Source: a virus (Duplodnaviria; Caudoviricetes). From it: 56,876 bases of DNA. Where the stretch lies: positions 1 to 56,876 of IMG/VR virus record IMGVR_UViG_3300013137_000001; one strand, given 5' to 3'. The notes under the pieces are model-generated. The model ran no database searches and was not told where the DNA came from. It saw only the letters and a program-made list of their open reading frames with translations. Below, piece after piece: positions 48,601-56,876 of the stretch. The first letter of the stretch is position 1. Each line of letters opens with the position of its first letter. The translations under genes and the position numbers were made by a program.

Positions 48601-51600
48601 GATTTACCCAGTACTCTTTTTTATCTTTTGCCTTCTCTTCATATATAGGTACATTGTTAATCTCTTCTTCAATTGATAAATGCAAATTTTTCTTGATAAA
48701 GTCCATTATAGCCGGCATATTAGCTTCGTAATCACCCGTTTTAGTCATAGATGTTTTCATTTCCTGCATAACCGTATCGAATAACTTAGTAGTCTCAAAT
48801 TCCTTATTACCATAACCATCAGCAGTAAACTTGTAATCATAGTATTCTTTATATTTAGTATTCATATATGCTTTTGTAGTATAATATCTTCTATTAAGTT
48901 CTTCCGGACTACCATTCATTTCGCTATCTAATATTTGCTCCAGTAAACCTATTGCATCAGCATCCTTTATTACCATTTTTCTCATATGATTAATAACTTC
49001 CGATGGCTTCATATCAGTTAATTCATTTGCATATTTGCTCAAATCGTCCGCTTGCTTTTTTTGATATTCTAATTTAGCAGGATCATTATAATTAATTTTC
49101 TTATTGTTTTCATTTATCATCAAAGCCTGATTGCGTAATATATTAACTATCATATTGGCATTAGCTTTCATGAATAAATATTTATACAATGCTTCCTTTT
49201 GATTATTATCCATTGTTGCATCTTTGGCTGAAAAGAAATCCATTATATCACCTTTATTGGTTAAATCATAAGATGACATTATTTCTTTTCCTCCCTTATT
49301 AATCGTCTTTACCAATAAATTCATTCCTTGCATGGACATACCACGAAACTCAGAAGAAACTTCATAGTCACTTATAACATCATCGTCAAGTCCCGCTATT
49401 TGCATTGCTTCTCTTTGATCTTCTTTGTATCCATCCGATTCATCATATACTATGGATTTTATCTTATTTGATTTTTCTTTGTTTTTCCCTTTGTACTTAT
49501 ATATCGATGTATCATCTAATGCTCCTGATTCCTTCATTGACTTCAATATCGTAAATATCATATCTTTCTGATAATTATAGTATTGATTGGGGATAAACAG
49601 GTTAACCATATGTTTCGGAAGTAACGGCAGCAGCTTTTGAATCATGGTTGCCTGGTCTATCAGGTCTTTTGGATGCATGGACTCTAATGATAAATCAGTT
49701 ATTCTTTCTCCATTTTTCCAACTTGCTGATACCGTTATTACTTCTTCCGGCTTATATACTAATTTCTTGTCACTCAATCTTCTATATATCTCGTCATCAA
49801 TAGTGGACTTAACTAATGTATAATTAGTCAACATGCTCTTTAATTGACTATTACTGTATTTTCTCGTAGATTCTAACTCTTTGAATACATTTGCTATTTC
49901 CGATAAAACAGTTAATCTTATTGCCTTACCACCAAAAGTATTACTTTTGTTTTCAGAGCCAAAAAGTCTTTCCAAACTCTTCATAACTCCAGGAGACAGA
50001 TATTCGAGCAAACTTTTTTCCACCTCATCAAATGTCTCTCTATTCATTTTACCTTTTTTACCTGCAATTCGCTCTATATTCTCCTTCACTAAGGGTATTA
50101 TCATTTTTTCATATACAGATTCATAATCTTTTTTAGTTAACTGTGTAATAGGTTTATTCCATATTTTTCTGATGTTTTCTATTACTTCTTTCGGTAGTAC
50201 ATTTTTGTCTTTAGATAAACCCCTTAACATCCTCGAAGCATCTGTTATATCTTTTAGCGTTGTAGCTTTATTTAACTTTGAAATACTCATGTTATATCCG
50301 TTAACTTCAGTGTTTTCAGTTGTAACATTATCTCCTCTATTTATTTCGTTGTTTATAAAATCAAATAACTTTTCACCATTTACCATAGGTTCTATATCGT
50401 ATTTTCTGGCAAATTTTATGCTTTCTATCGGATTATTCCTTATTTCTCCGTCAGAATATTTCATGGCTTCATATTCGCTCATATAATACTTGTTCATTAT
50501 TAACTTAGTATAATTCGGATCTGTGAATCTTTTAGGTGATAACAAAGTTCCTCCTGCCCAACCAAAATCACCATAGATATTATTCATTTTTGTATCACTA
50601 AATGCAAAATAAGACCATAATTCTCCCTGTTTTACAGGATCATCAGTCATTTCTTTTACTACATTTGATATTCCCTTTGCTATCATTTCCTGCATCGCAA
50701 CCTGGGAATACGGTTTGTCAATATCTGCAAATTTATGTATTATATTAGACTTAGCATTAAGAAATTCCACCGGTACCCAGTCTACGGTAAGTTTGCCATT
50801 ATCATCAAATAAATCTTTGGCCATTATTTTCCCGATAACCTCTTTATCTCTTACTCCTATTAAATAACCGTTTTTATATCTGATAAAACCGTCTTTGGTA
50901 AGAAAATCAAAGTTATCCGTCCTAGTTCGATACCTCGTCATTACGTCCCTGTAAATAGTACCTGCATAAGTTTCAATATACTTTTTGCCAAATGGCTTAG
51001 TATCAAAAGTACTAAATACCCTTTCTACTTCACCCCTATTAGTAATATAAGGCGAAAGTAATCCCTCTATCATTTTATACTGATTAGCTCTTGCTACCAC
51101 CAATTTGCGTGTCAAATAATCCATCTCCTTGGCTATATTACCGTCTGTATCGAATTCTTTTATGTATTTCCATGGTTCACTGCGGGTATCCTCAGAAACT
51201 CTCGTTACAATTGAATTGTGGAGCTTTTTCATCAGATTCTTCTTAACAAACAATGGTTCAAAGTCGTCTTTTTGCGGTATAATATGCACGGGTTTTTCCG
51301 GCTTTTCAGGATATTCCTTGTAATTAGTCTTTAGATCCTGATAAGATAATTCGCTTATTCTGTTTTCATATTCTGCGATAGATTCATTATTGTTCTTCTT
51401 ATGTCTATTTCGCTTTGATATTCTTATCATTTCATAAGTAATATATTCATTATAATTCTTAAATGCATCTTCAGGTAAAGTACTGCCAATACTATCATCT
51501 TTGAACATTATGTTCTTCGTCCATGCCCTATTTTCATAATTAAAGTACATACCTTCCACGTTTACAATTATCTTCCCATCTTCAATACCAATAGCTCCCG

Positions 51601-54600
51601 TATCTTCCGCATCGGCGATTTTAACTAATTTACGAGTAAATTCCACAGGTAATTCTCTGAACTTTTGATATTCTTTTTCACTTAATTTTATCTTTGCAAA
51701 AGATACCAAATCTTTCTTCCTGATATCAAATGACTTATTTTGACCAATTCTCGAAGTATTTCCCGTGTGATATATTTCATAATCAGCACCTATTTCATTA
51801 AGATAATCAATGAACTGAGAATCTACATTAGGCATATCGCCTACTACAAACTTTGCACCATTTGAGCTTGCTTCATAAATTGTCTTTTTGGTTATATCCT
51901 GCAAGGATTTTCCGTAAAATTCCTTATTACGAGCTAACATGACTATGCCTGCACCATCTCTGTATTCTCCCAAAGTTTCTTTTGTTGTTCTTGATGACGA
52001 AGGATTATTGTTGGCTAATTCTACGATGGAAGAAGTTGCAATTTTACGCATAGCCTTGTCTTTGCCGTCTCCTTCAGGTGTTCCTTTACCTCGTGGATCA
52101 AAACCTCCTTGATACCCGGGAGTATCTGACTTCTGAATATCATTTGAACCAATTAAATTTTCTTTTAATCGTAATAATCTATTTTGCAAATATTCATATG
52201 TTCTTGGAGCTTTTTCTTTTAATTTAGCTAAACCTGTTCCTATTCCGTCCTTAGGTACTATGATAGAAACTTCTTGTGGTATTTTTTCAAAAGCATCACT
52301 TATTGCTTTTACATTAGACTCATACTCATCATCGTTCATAAAACTATCATCAGACATAGAAGGTCTCTTTTTCGTAGGAATACCTATTGCATTTATTTCT
52401 CCTCTCATCTCTTTTGCCTGTCCCCCTAATCCGGTTTTTTCAAGATTATCACCAAAAAGATATATCTTGTCTCTATTGGAAACCAAATCATTTCTCGTAA
52501 TATACTTTTGTTCACTATAACTAACCGCATTTTCTTTTTGTTCACTCTCTTCATGTGTCTCAAATCTCTCTATTTCACGGTATTTACGTAATATGTTTTT
52601 CCATGTACCTTTTTCATTATCTTTAGGTACTTGTTGCAAATATGTAATACCCGAATGCTTTAATTCCTGTGTTCTTGATACAGTCTTTTTAAAAGATAAT
52701 CCTGCTTTGTCGGAAAAAAAGTAATTTACCTGTTTACGTATTTCATCTTTATTTGCAATTTCCCTGTAAGGAACTCCGTCAACAGTTTCTATCATGTGAT
52801 CTATTATTGCCTTTGGAGGATCAAATGCCCTCTGATTCCATGTATCTACACTAAGTTCTACAGGTAAATCAAACATATTGCTTTGTACATTGTAAGTAAT
52901 ATTAGATCCCTGCAAGAATTTATCTTTTATCCTAAGTCTAACAGTCTTTTGTTTGTTTTTGATATCGATATCTATATCGGTTACAAGATTACCGAATTTA
53001 TCTGTCGTGAAATCATCATGCATATTCTCCAATGCTTGAGATATATTGTTCTTTATACCAATAGTTTTACCTTGTGATTCCTGTGCCTCTACAACGGTTC
53101 TATAGTATCCTTTGTGTTGTGGCTGTATATACCTCTTTTGCGGTTCAACTCCGAATGCCTGTACAAAAGCATTTCCCGTACCCGTAAATTTACTTTGCAT
53201 ATCGGTGAGATTCTTTATTGCATTTTTCCATGCACCTTCTCTATTTCCGTTGTTATTAATGTAATTCCATAATATATCAAACTTATCTGGAGTAAAGTTA
53301 TTATCAGGAATCCTTATGGCTAATCCGTCTTTGTCAAAATCCATTCCAAATACTTGAGCACCTGTAAATGCGTTTATACTTATAGTTCCTTCGTCATCAG
53401 TAATTCCTGCAATGATAAAAGGAGCTATCATGTCAGGCGAAGAAGCTGGTGTTCTCTGTGCAAATACCTTTGAACCTAAAGTCAAAATAGGTACCTTGTT
53501 CTTTATTGTACTTTGTTTTAACTTTATATAATCCGATTTAGATATTATAAGCAACTGTGAACCATCTTTTGCCAATCCTGTTTCAGCATCTACCTGTTGT
53601 AATATTTCCGCTTTTTTTCTTTCAATATCTCTTTGGAATCGCTCTGTTGCTTCATAGATATCATCGCCTCTGTATCTTTTTTGGAATTCATCTATTTCAT
53701 ATTGCATTAAATTATTTGTATGTGTCAATACTGCCGATTGCGGTACATAAGTAAGAAATCCACCTGTGCCCTTACCTTTTTGCATATTATCAAATTCTTT
53801 GCCTATCAGGTATGCCAATTGACTACCTGTTCCTACCTGGTTAAATTCATCTCCGACAATATAATTATCAAAGAATAACGCTAATTTTCCCATTGTTACA
53901 TTATCGGTTTTTATCATATTTCCGTCAATCGCATCTTCCAATACCCTTATAGCATCTGTTACATTAAGATGTATAAAGTTAGAAAGACTACTTTCGTTTT
54001 GCTTGGAAGTCCTTATTATATCATCAACTAGATACTTTAATCCATCAGCAGCATATTTACGCATTTGTTCTGTTTTCTTGGCAGCAGGATTAAATATCGA
54101 ATAAATAGCATATAATCCGGTTATTGATTCCATACCGTCATCTATCCTATTATTAAACATATCTTTCATTGCTTGATATGCTTCCTCACCGTTTTCGCTA
54201 TCCCAAAATCTACCAAGTTTCCACATACTCGGCTGAGTATCCATTGCGTTACTTCCAGAACCATTCTTTGCGGAATAAATACCATGAGCATGAGATAAAA
54301 ATTGAGACCCCTGTTTCCCTGTAAATGGCATCCACTTTATTCTCCATGAAGGTATAACATTACCTTGTACCAATTCTTTTTCTTTTTGTACAAGAAAATC
54401 GAGTAATTCGGGATCAGCTTTTTTACTTGGATCATTGGTCTTAAATGCCTTAATAGGTGTTAGTATCTGATCGTGTACTAATGTTATTCCATATTCCGGT
54501 ATAGGTGTTTCTATTACTTCATAAGCATCATGATTCTTAAATGCACTTTCCATGGCTATAATGGAAACCTGTTTTCCCGCATTATCGAGAAAATCATAGT

Positions 54601-56876
54601 ATCTTTGATCAACAGGATCAACTTTTGATGGTTCAGTAAAATCAGCATATTCCATGCTTTTCTGCATTATTCCGTTTTTACCTTCATAATAAGTCCTGTT
54701 ATATTTAACTACACTTTCCGTAGGTTTTGCTCCAACAACTTTTTGCTTAGAGACAAATGCCGGCTTATTAACCGCTCTCGCCAATCCGTCTGATATATCT
54801 TTATTGAATAATCTTTTGAACAAATAAGGGTCTTCTTCGAGTAACTTATGGTCAGGAATATACACAGATTCCTCTATTATATTTTCACCGTCTTTAGTCG
54901 TTAATCTCTGATTACGGTTTCTTAAGTATTCCTGATTTATCTCACCATTGTCATCATATATATCCGGTTCAAAATATGACAAATGTTCTATTGTCTTTAA
55001 TCTAAGCGGAGCATGTCCAAATGGCAAACTTCCATATTTATCATCAATTTTACCCGTGATATATTCATTTTCCTTAATTTCCTGTATTCTCGTTTTACCA
55101 GATGTATTAAGTGACCATGTAAGTATGTCTTTAATAGCGGTTTTTAGCTTATTAGAAGAATTCTCGGTGTTATCAAGATATAACGGCAATTCGGTCTGGA
55201 TTCCTTTTTCATTGTCAATATAAGTAAAATATTTCTTCATTTCATTACCTACTTCGGCAATCATTCTTGCATTTTTAGTAATAAAATCCACTTCTTTCTT
55301 ATAATCTTTGCTTTCTATTTTCTTAAGTAATTCAGCCATAGGCAATTGTTTGCCTTCTACAAACATCTCATACATTTTTTCGGGATCAAGATATTTTCTC
55401 AATTCATATCGTTGTTTTGCTTTTCCATCATGTTTCCATATGTAATCACTGCCCATTGTTCTCCAAAAGCTATACCACTGTATTTCCTGAGCTACTTTTT
55501 TGGCTAATTCAGGATTACCTGCTATATCGGCTAATGCTTTACTGTGCAATACTAAACCACCTTTAACTTTAGGTAATATGAAGTATCCTTGTTTGATAGC
55601 TTTATCGGGAACGTTATCGCCAATTAAGTCATCAGGCTCAAGGTTATGCCTGGCACCTTTATCTACATTATCTACAGATACAATCATTCTGAAATCACCA
55701 CTAAATAACTCGTTTAATAAAGATTTCATCTCTTCAGATACTTCTTCTTTAGCAAGTTCATCAGTCATCATTTTTCCGAATTCTTTATATGAAGTAATTT
55801 CTCCCCGGTAATTATTAATCCTTGTCCCGTCAGCAGCATATGAACCGTAATGTTCTCTTATACCACTTAATTCAGGATCATCTTTGTACTGTAAATCAAG
55901 ATGTAATCCCTTAAACTTTGATGAATTGTCTATCACATTGGCTATACGTGCAGCCCTTGCCATTAATTCATCTTTATCTATTTGTGCTTTTTCATCTAAT
56001 TCACTATTTTTCTTTATTAATTTATTATATATATCTTCCGTTCTTTCTTTTAATTTCATATCAACAGTTTGACGTTTATAAGCATCCATGCTCCCATATC
56101 CCAAACTTCCCGCAATATCGGATATTTTGCGTTCTATACTCTCATTATCATATTTGTCATCTCCGTGCAATTGTTCAGGTGAGTCAAGATCCTCAATTTT
56201 CAGAGCATCCAACATCGCCGACCATCGTCTCTCTATTTCAGCTTGTGGCAGTGCTTTCTTTTGCTTAAATTGCTCAGTTTCTAACCGGATATATCTCGCA
56301 ATATCTTCAGGTGTCATTCTTTCGTTTTCTTTTCTATACTTGTGCATCATATCAGCTATAATTTGACTATCGGAACGATTAGCGGATATTTTATATCCCT
56401 TTGCCATTAACTCCTGTTTATAATCGGATACGCTGTTTATAACATCAGAGGCGTTATCTTCCTGCCATTGCAATCCACTTAATGTCTTAGATGCTTTTAA
56501 TGTATTTATAGTAGTATTTAGTATATTAGCATCATTAGGATCAAATGTTCCTCGGTTACCTATTGCCGATTTTACTTGCGTAGGGTCAAATACAACAACT
56601 TCTACACCTCCATTGTATATCATTGAATCATATCCCATGCTTTTTAGTTTATCAACAACAGATTTAGGAATAAAAGAAACATCTGCGTATTTTTCAGGAT
56701 TATTCCCCAGTTTTTTAAGATAATCTAATTCTTGATCTGTTAATTTATTAATAACTTTTTTCATGATTACCTTTGCTTCTTCTACACCATATACAACAGG
56801 AATTAATGGAGATAAAGCAGTTACTAAAGTAGTAGCAGCTATTTTCGATAATTTTTCGCTTCCTAATAGATCAAAG
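45662..56876 (-). CDS. C-terminal part of giant virion polyprotein: end of ART2, two-barrel RNA polymerase, Macro-like and SLOG-like domains, hydrophobic C-terminus
   Basis: GYDSMIY..EVVVFDPTQVKSAIGNRGTF; SDG, QKSME, ESAFK, QRTP, GMDFDKD; FGDN..GGQA..GIGTG; FVVGDMPNVD. Confidence 0.92.
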   Translation of the reverse strand, partial: FDLLGSEKLSKIAATTLVTALSPLIPVVYGVEEAKVIMKKVINKLTDQELDYLKKLGNNPEKYADVSFIPKSVVDKLKSMGYDSMIYNGGVEVVVFDPTQVKSAIGNRGTFDPNDANILNTTINTLKASKTLSGLQWQEDNASDVINSVSDYKQELMAKGYKISANRSDSQIIADMMHKYRKENERMTPEDIARYIRLETEQFKQKKALPQAEIERRWSAMLDALKIEDLDSPEQLHGDDKYDNESIERKISDIAGSLGYGSMDAYKRQTVDMKLKERTEDIYNKLIKKNSELDEKAQIDKDELMARAARIANVIDNSSKFKGLHLDLQYKDDPELSGIREHYGSYAADGTRINNYRGEITSYKEFGKMMTDELAKEEVSEEMKSLLNELFSGDFRMIVSVDNVDKGARHNLEPDDLIGDNVPDKAIKQGYFILPKVKGGLVLHSKALADIAGNPELAKKVAQEIQWYSFWRTMGSDYIWKHDGKAKQRYELRKYLDPEKMYEMFVEGKQLPMAELLKKIESKDYKKEVDFITKNARMIAEVGNEMKKYFTYIDNEKGIQTELPLYLDNTENSSNKLKTAIKDILTWSLNTSGKTRIQEIKENEYITGKIDDKYGSLPFGHAPLRLKTIEHLSYFEPDIYDDNGEINQEYLRNRNQRLTTKDGENIIEESVYIPDHKLLEEDPYLFKRLFNKDISDGLARAVNKPAFVSKQKVVGAKPTESVVKYNRTYYEGKNGIMQKSMEYADFTEPSKVDPVDQRYYDFLDNAGKQVSIIAMESAFKNHDAYEVIETPIPEYGITLVHDQILTPIKAFKTNDPSKKADPELLDFLVQKEKELVQGNVIPSWRIKWMPFTGKQGSQFLSHAHGIYSAKNGSGSNAMDTQPSMWKLGRFWDSENGEEAYQAMKDMFNNRIDDGMESITGLYAIYSIFNPAAKKTEQMRKYAADGLKYLVDDIIRTSKQNESSLSNFIHLNVTDAIRVLEDAIDGNMIKTDNVTMGKLALFFDNYIVGDEFNQVGTGSQLAYLIGKEFDNMQKGKGTGGFLTYVPQSAVLTHTNNLMQYEIDEFQKRYRGDDIYEATERFQRDIERKKAEILQQVDAETGLAKDGSQLLIISKSDYIKLKQSTIKNKVPILTLGSKVFAQRTPASSPDMIAPFIIAGITDDEGTISINAFTGAQVFGMDFDKDGLAIRIPDNNFTPDKFDILWNYINNNGNREGAWKNAIKNLTDMQSKFTGTGNAFVQAFGVEPQKRYIQPQHKGYYRTVVEAQESQGKTIGIKNNISQALENMHDDFTTDKFGNLVTDIDIDIKNKQKTVRLRIKDKFLQGSNITYNVQSNMFDLPVELSVDTWNQRAFDPPKAIIDHMIETVDGVPYREIANKDEIRKQVNYFFSDKAGLSFKKTVSRTQELKHSGITYLQQVPKDNEKGTWKNILRKYREIERFETHEESEQKENAVSYSEQKYITRNDLVSNRDKIYLFGDNLEKTGLGGQAKEMRGEINAIGIPTKKRPSMSDDSFMNDDEYESNVKAISDAFEKIPQEVSIIVPKDGIGTGLAKLKEKAPRTYEYLQNRLLRLKENLIGSNDIQKSDTPGYQGGFDPRGKGTPEGDGKDKAMRKIATSSIVELANNNPSSSRTTKETLGEYRDGAGIVMLARNKEFYGKSLQDITKKTIYEASSNGAKFVVGDMPNVDSQFIDYLNEIGADYEIYHTGNTSRIGQNKSFDIRKKDLVSFAKIKLSEKEYQKFRELPVEFTRKLVKIADAEDTGAIGIEDGKIIVNVEGMYFNYENRAWTKNIMFKDDSIGSTLPEDAFKNYNEYITYEMIRISKRNRHKKNNNESIAEYENRISELSYQDLKTNYKEYPEKPEKPVHIIPQKDDFEPLFVKKNLMKKLHNSIVTRVSEDTRSEPWKYIKEFDTDGNIAKEMDYLTRKLVVARANQYKMIEGLLSPYITNRGEVERVFSTFDTKPFGKKYIETYAGTIYRDVMTRYRTRTDNFDFLTKDGFIRYKNGYLIGVRDKEVIGKIMAKDLFDDNGKLTVDWVPVEFLNAKSNIIHKFADIDKPYSQVAMQEMIAKGISNVVKEMTDDPVKQGELWSYFAFSDTKMNNIYGDFGWAGGTLLSPKRFTDPNYTKLIMNKYYMSEYEAMKYSDGEIRNNPIESIKFARKYDIEPMVNGEKLFDFINNEINRGDNVTTENTEVNGYNMSISKLNKATTLKDITDASRMLRGLSKDKNVLPKEVIENIRKIWNKPITQLTKKDYESVYEKMIIPLVKENIERIAGKKGKMNRETFDEVEKSLLEYLSPGVMKSLERLFGSENKSNTFGGKAIRLTVLSEIANVFKELESTRKYSNSQLKSMLTNYTLVKSTIDDEIYRRLSDKKLVYKPEEVITVSASWKNGERITDLSLESMHPKDLIDQATMIQKLLPLLPKHMVNLFIPNQYYNYQKDMIFTILKSMKESGALDDTSIYKYKGKNKEKSNKIKSIVYDESDGYKEDQREAMQIAGLDDDVISDYEVSSEFRGMSMQGMNLLVKTINKGGKEIMSSYDLTNKGDIMDFFSAKDATMDNNQKEALYKYLFMKANANMIVNILRNQALMINENNKKINYNDPAKLEYQKKQADDLSKYANELTDMKPSEVINHMRKMVIKDADAIGLLEQILDSEMNGSPEELNRRYYTTKAYMNTKYKEYYDYKFTADGYGNKEFETTKLFDTVMQEMKTSMTKTGDYEANMPAIMDFIKKNLHLSIEEEINNVPIYEEKAKDKKEYWVNRFERAKELKDKYNSEFVGKLAHEMYSDALAVTKMSVGEGASYYNVLREMGIPGFEKPFESLYGAEKKDYNSKAKSYIRSIIHNLTDKANQDSKVEHIMAVSSMDTINGIDERLSKESLNIEDLLLYFRPDLAYNSDYFSYNVSNFADKVHSKIKQSLVNMEHLYQQKYNEDPDTNAHAKFVAMGKLSKVMKENSLYTDKIDKDAIFEKLGSPGDNYAVMVHDRNHEPKIIQGRFVGTMKLRQEREFRDSIYRDTLVLHDDNENGKTVYMIDRDNIVNIISGAPYRSIQGKLNEQIKKSYAKVADDVIKQMEMNFKLGEDANFDNIRIHNTDIDLEVYKSNIKKNPVMSEYANSREYRTSIGKINAKTAGSMFIKSIDKFLAFNRKAVPLAVYLGGQYYAVAAAAALSTPVIGWGAATGIMGAAGVKLANRYLRIWLQNHLGNIGYGGVMPTTLAKDLMGWGWFGRFLVRTGGNFAQNIIDINRLYSRHKGKKEGIGSITTMAMTEGTQARGLTEDISTEFKGEGIYEDSKFNNMAKFKRIHRIKKGYKELIALRDNQRQMDKYYKPIIDKAVEMKITVNELLKRPDDLPEGKKKIRIIPVKNESKYGQETESSGYLVTHNGLSLREHKKLLLGYSDLLSYFMSGAGFAQDMEVKSSDKSYMLSAYRIEDVMKARKEAVDAAFYALGIDNTVNQDLSPWLRAEIEKSMVWKSIGNYSRTPSQSTSTGRLLTMFGNFSKENGLNQIEYAYKRNKMHNALVDELRGDELYMKYMKALGIPIGEWYLHNDSLFGAMVTPVLKNTFVYGGSSLLGYITMGYLQSVLSWIGQIGGTLDEYGLTEVINLSDSMRLKGIELVQTILELLMSNATNRFNVPKLQTGVQHQSSLKHISRFTGNLVGDKGGGYMTRSLLEPFGTMPLLATKYYYDNMFMGRSETLYDEEKLREQIVIHTNNLLLPITGAFGSTAKTYWELYSKEVAKEEN
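56754..56876. repeat. Terminal direct repeat, right copy
   Basis: Identical to 1-123. Confidence 0.97.

Noticed and set aside
56762-56764. ATG of the 3700-aa ORF as a true start
   Set aside because: It falls in the middle of ART2; the frame is open upstream across the join
4738-56764. Stop-codon recoding as in some crAss-like phages
   Set aside because: Genes are long and densely packed in the standard code, and TAG/TGA end several tightly coupled genes

Overview
Complete circular (or circularly permuted) AT-rich podovirus-like phage genome of 56,753 bp: bases 1-123 repeat exactly at 56754-56876. Joining the ends shows that the 3700-aa ORF in the track is only the C-terminal part of one 5,271-codon minus-strand gene (4724->1, then 56753->45662; about 28% of the genome). 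By motif reading it is a virion-delivered polyprotein with: hydrophobic helices, an HExxH zincin, two tandem ART-PolyVal-type ADP-ribosyltransferase domains (one R-type, one H-type), a crAss/phi14:2-gp66-like two-barrel RNA polymerase core (DFDKD), a Macro-like domain and a SLOG-like domain. This is the best candidate for an undescribed system: an injected RNA polymerase carrying its own ADP-ribose write/read/process modules. Other parts are a structural operon (portal, scaffold, capsid, ring, nozzle, fibre, cargo), a replication/recombination block with no recognisable polymerase or primase, many small accessory genes, and a divergent control region. That region has a repeated phage-specific motif, hairpins, a pseudoknot plus tRNA-like element, 21-bp repeats and a parS site. 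Promoters look Bacteroidota/FCB-type. All calls come from reading motifs by eye; no searches were run.
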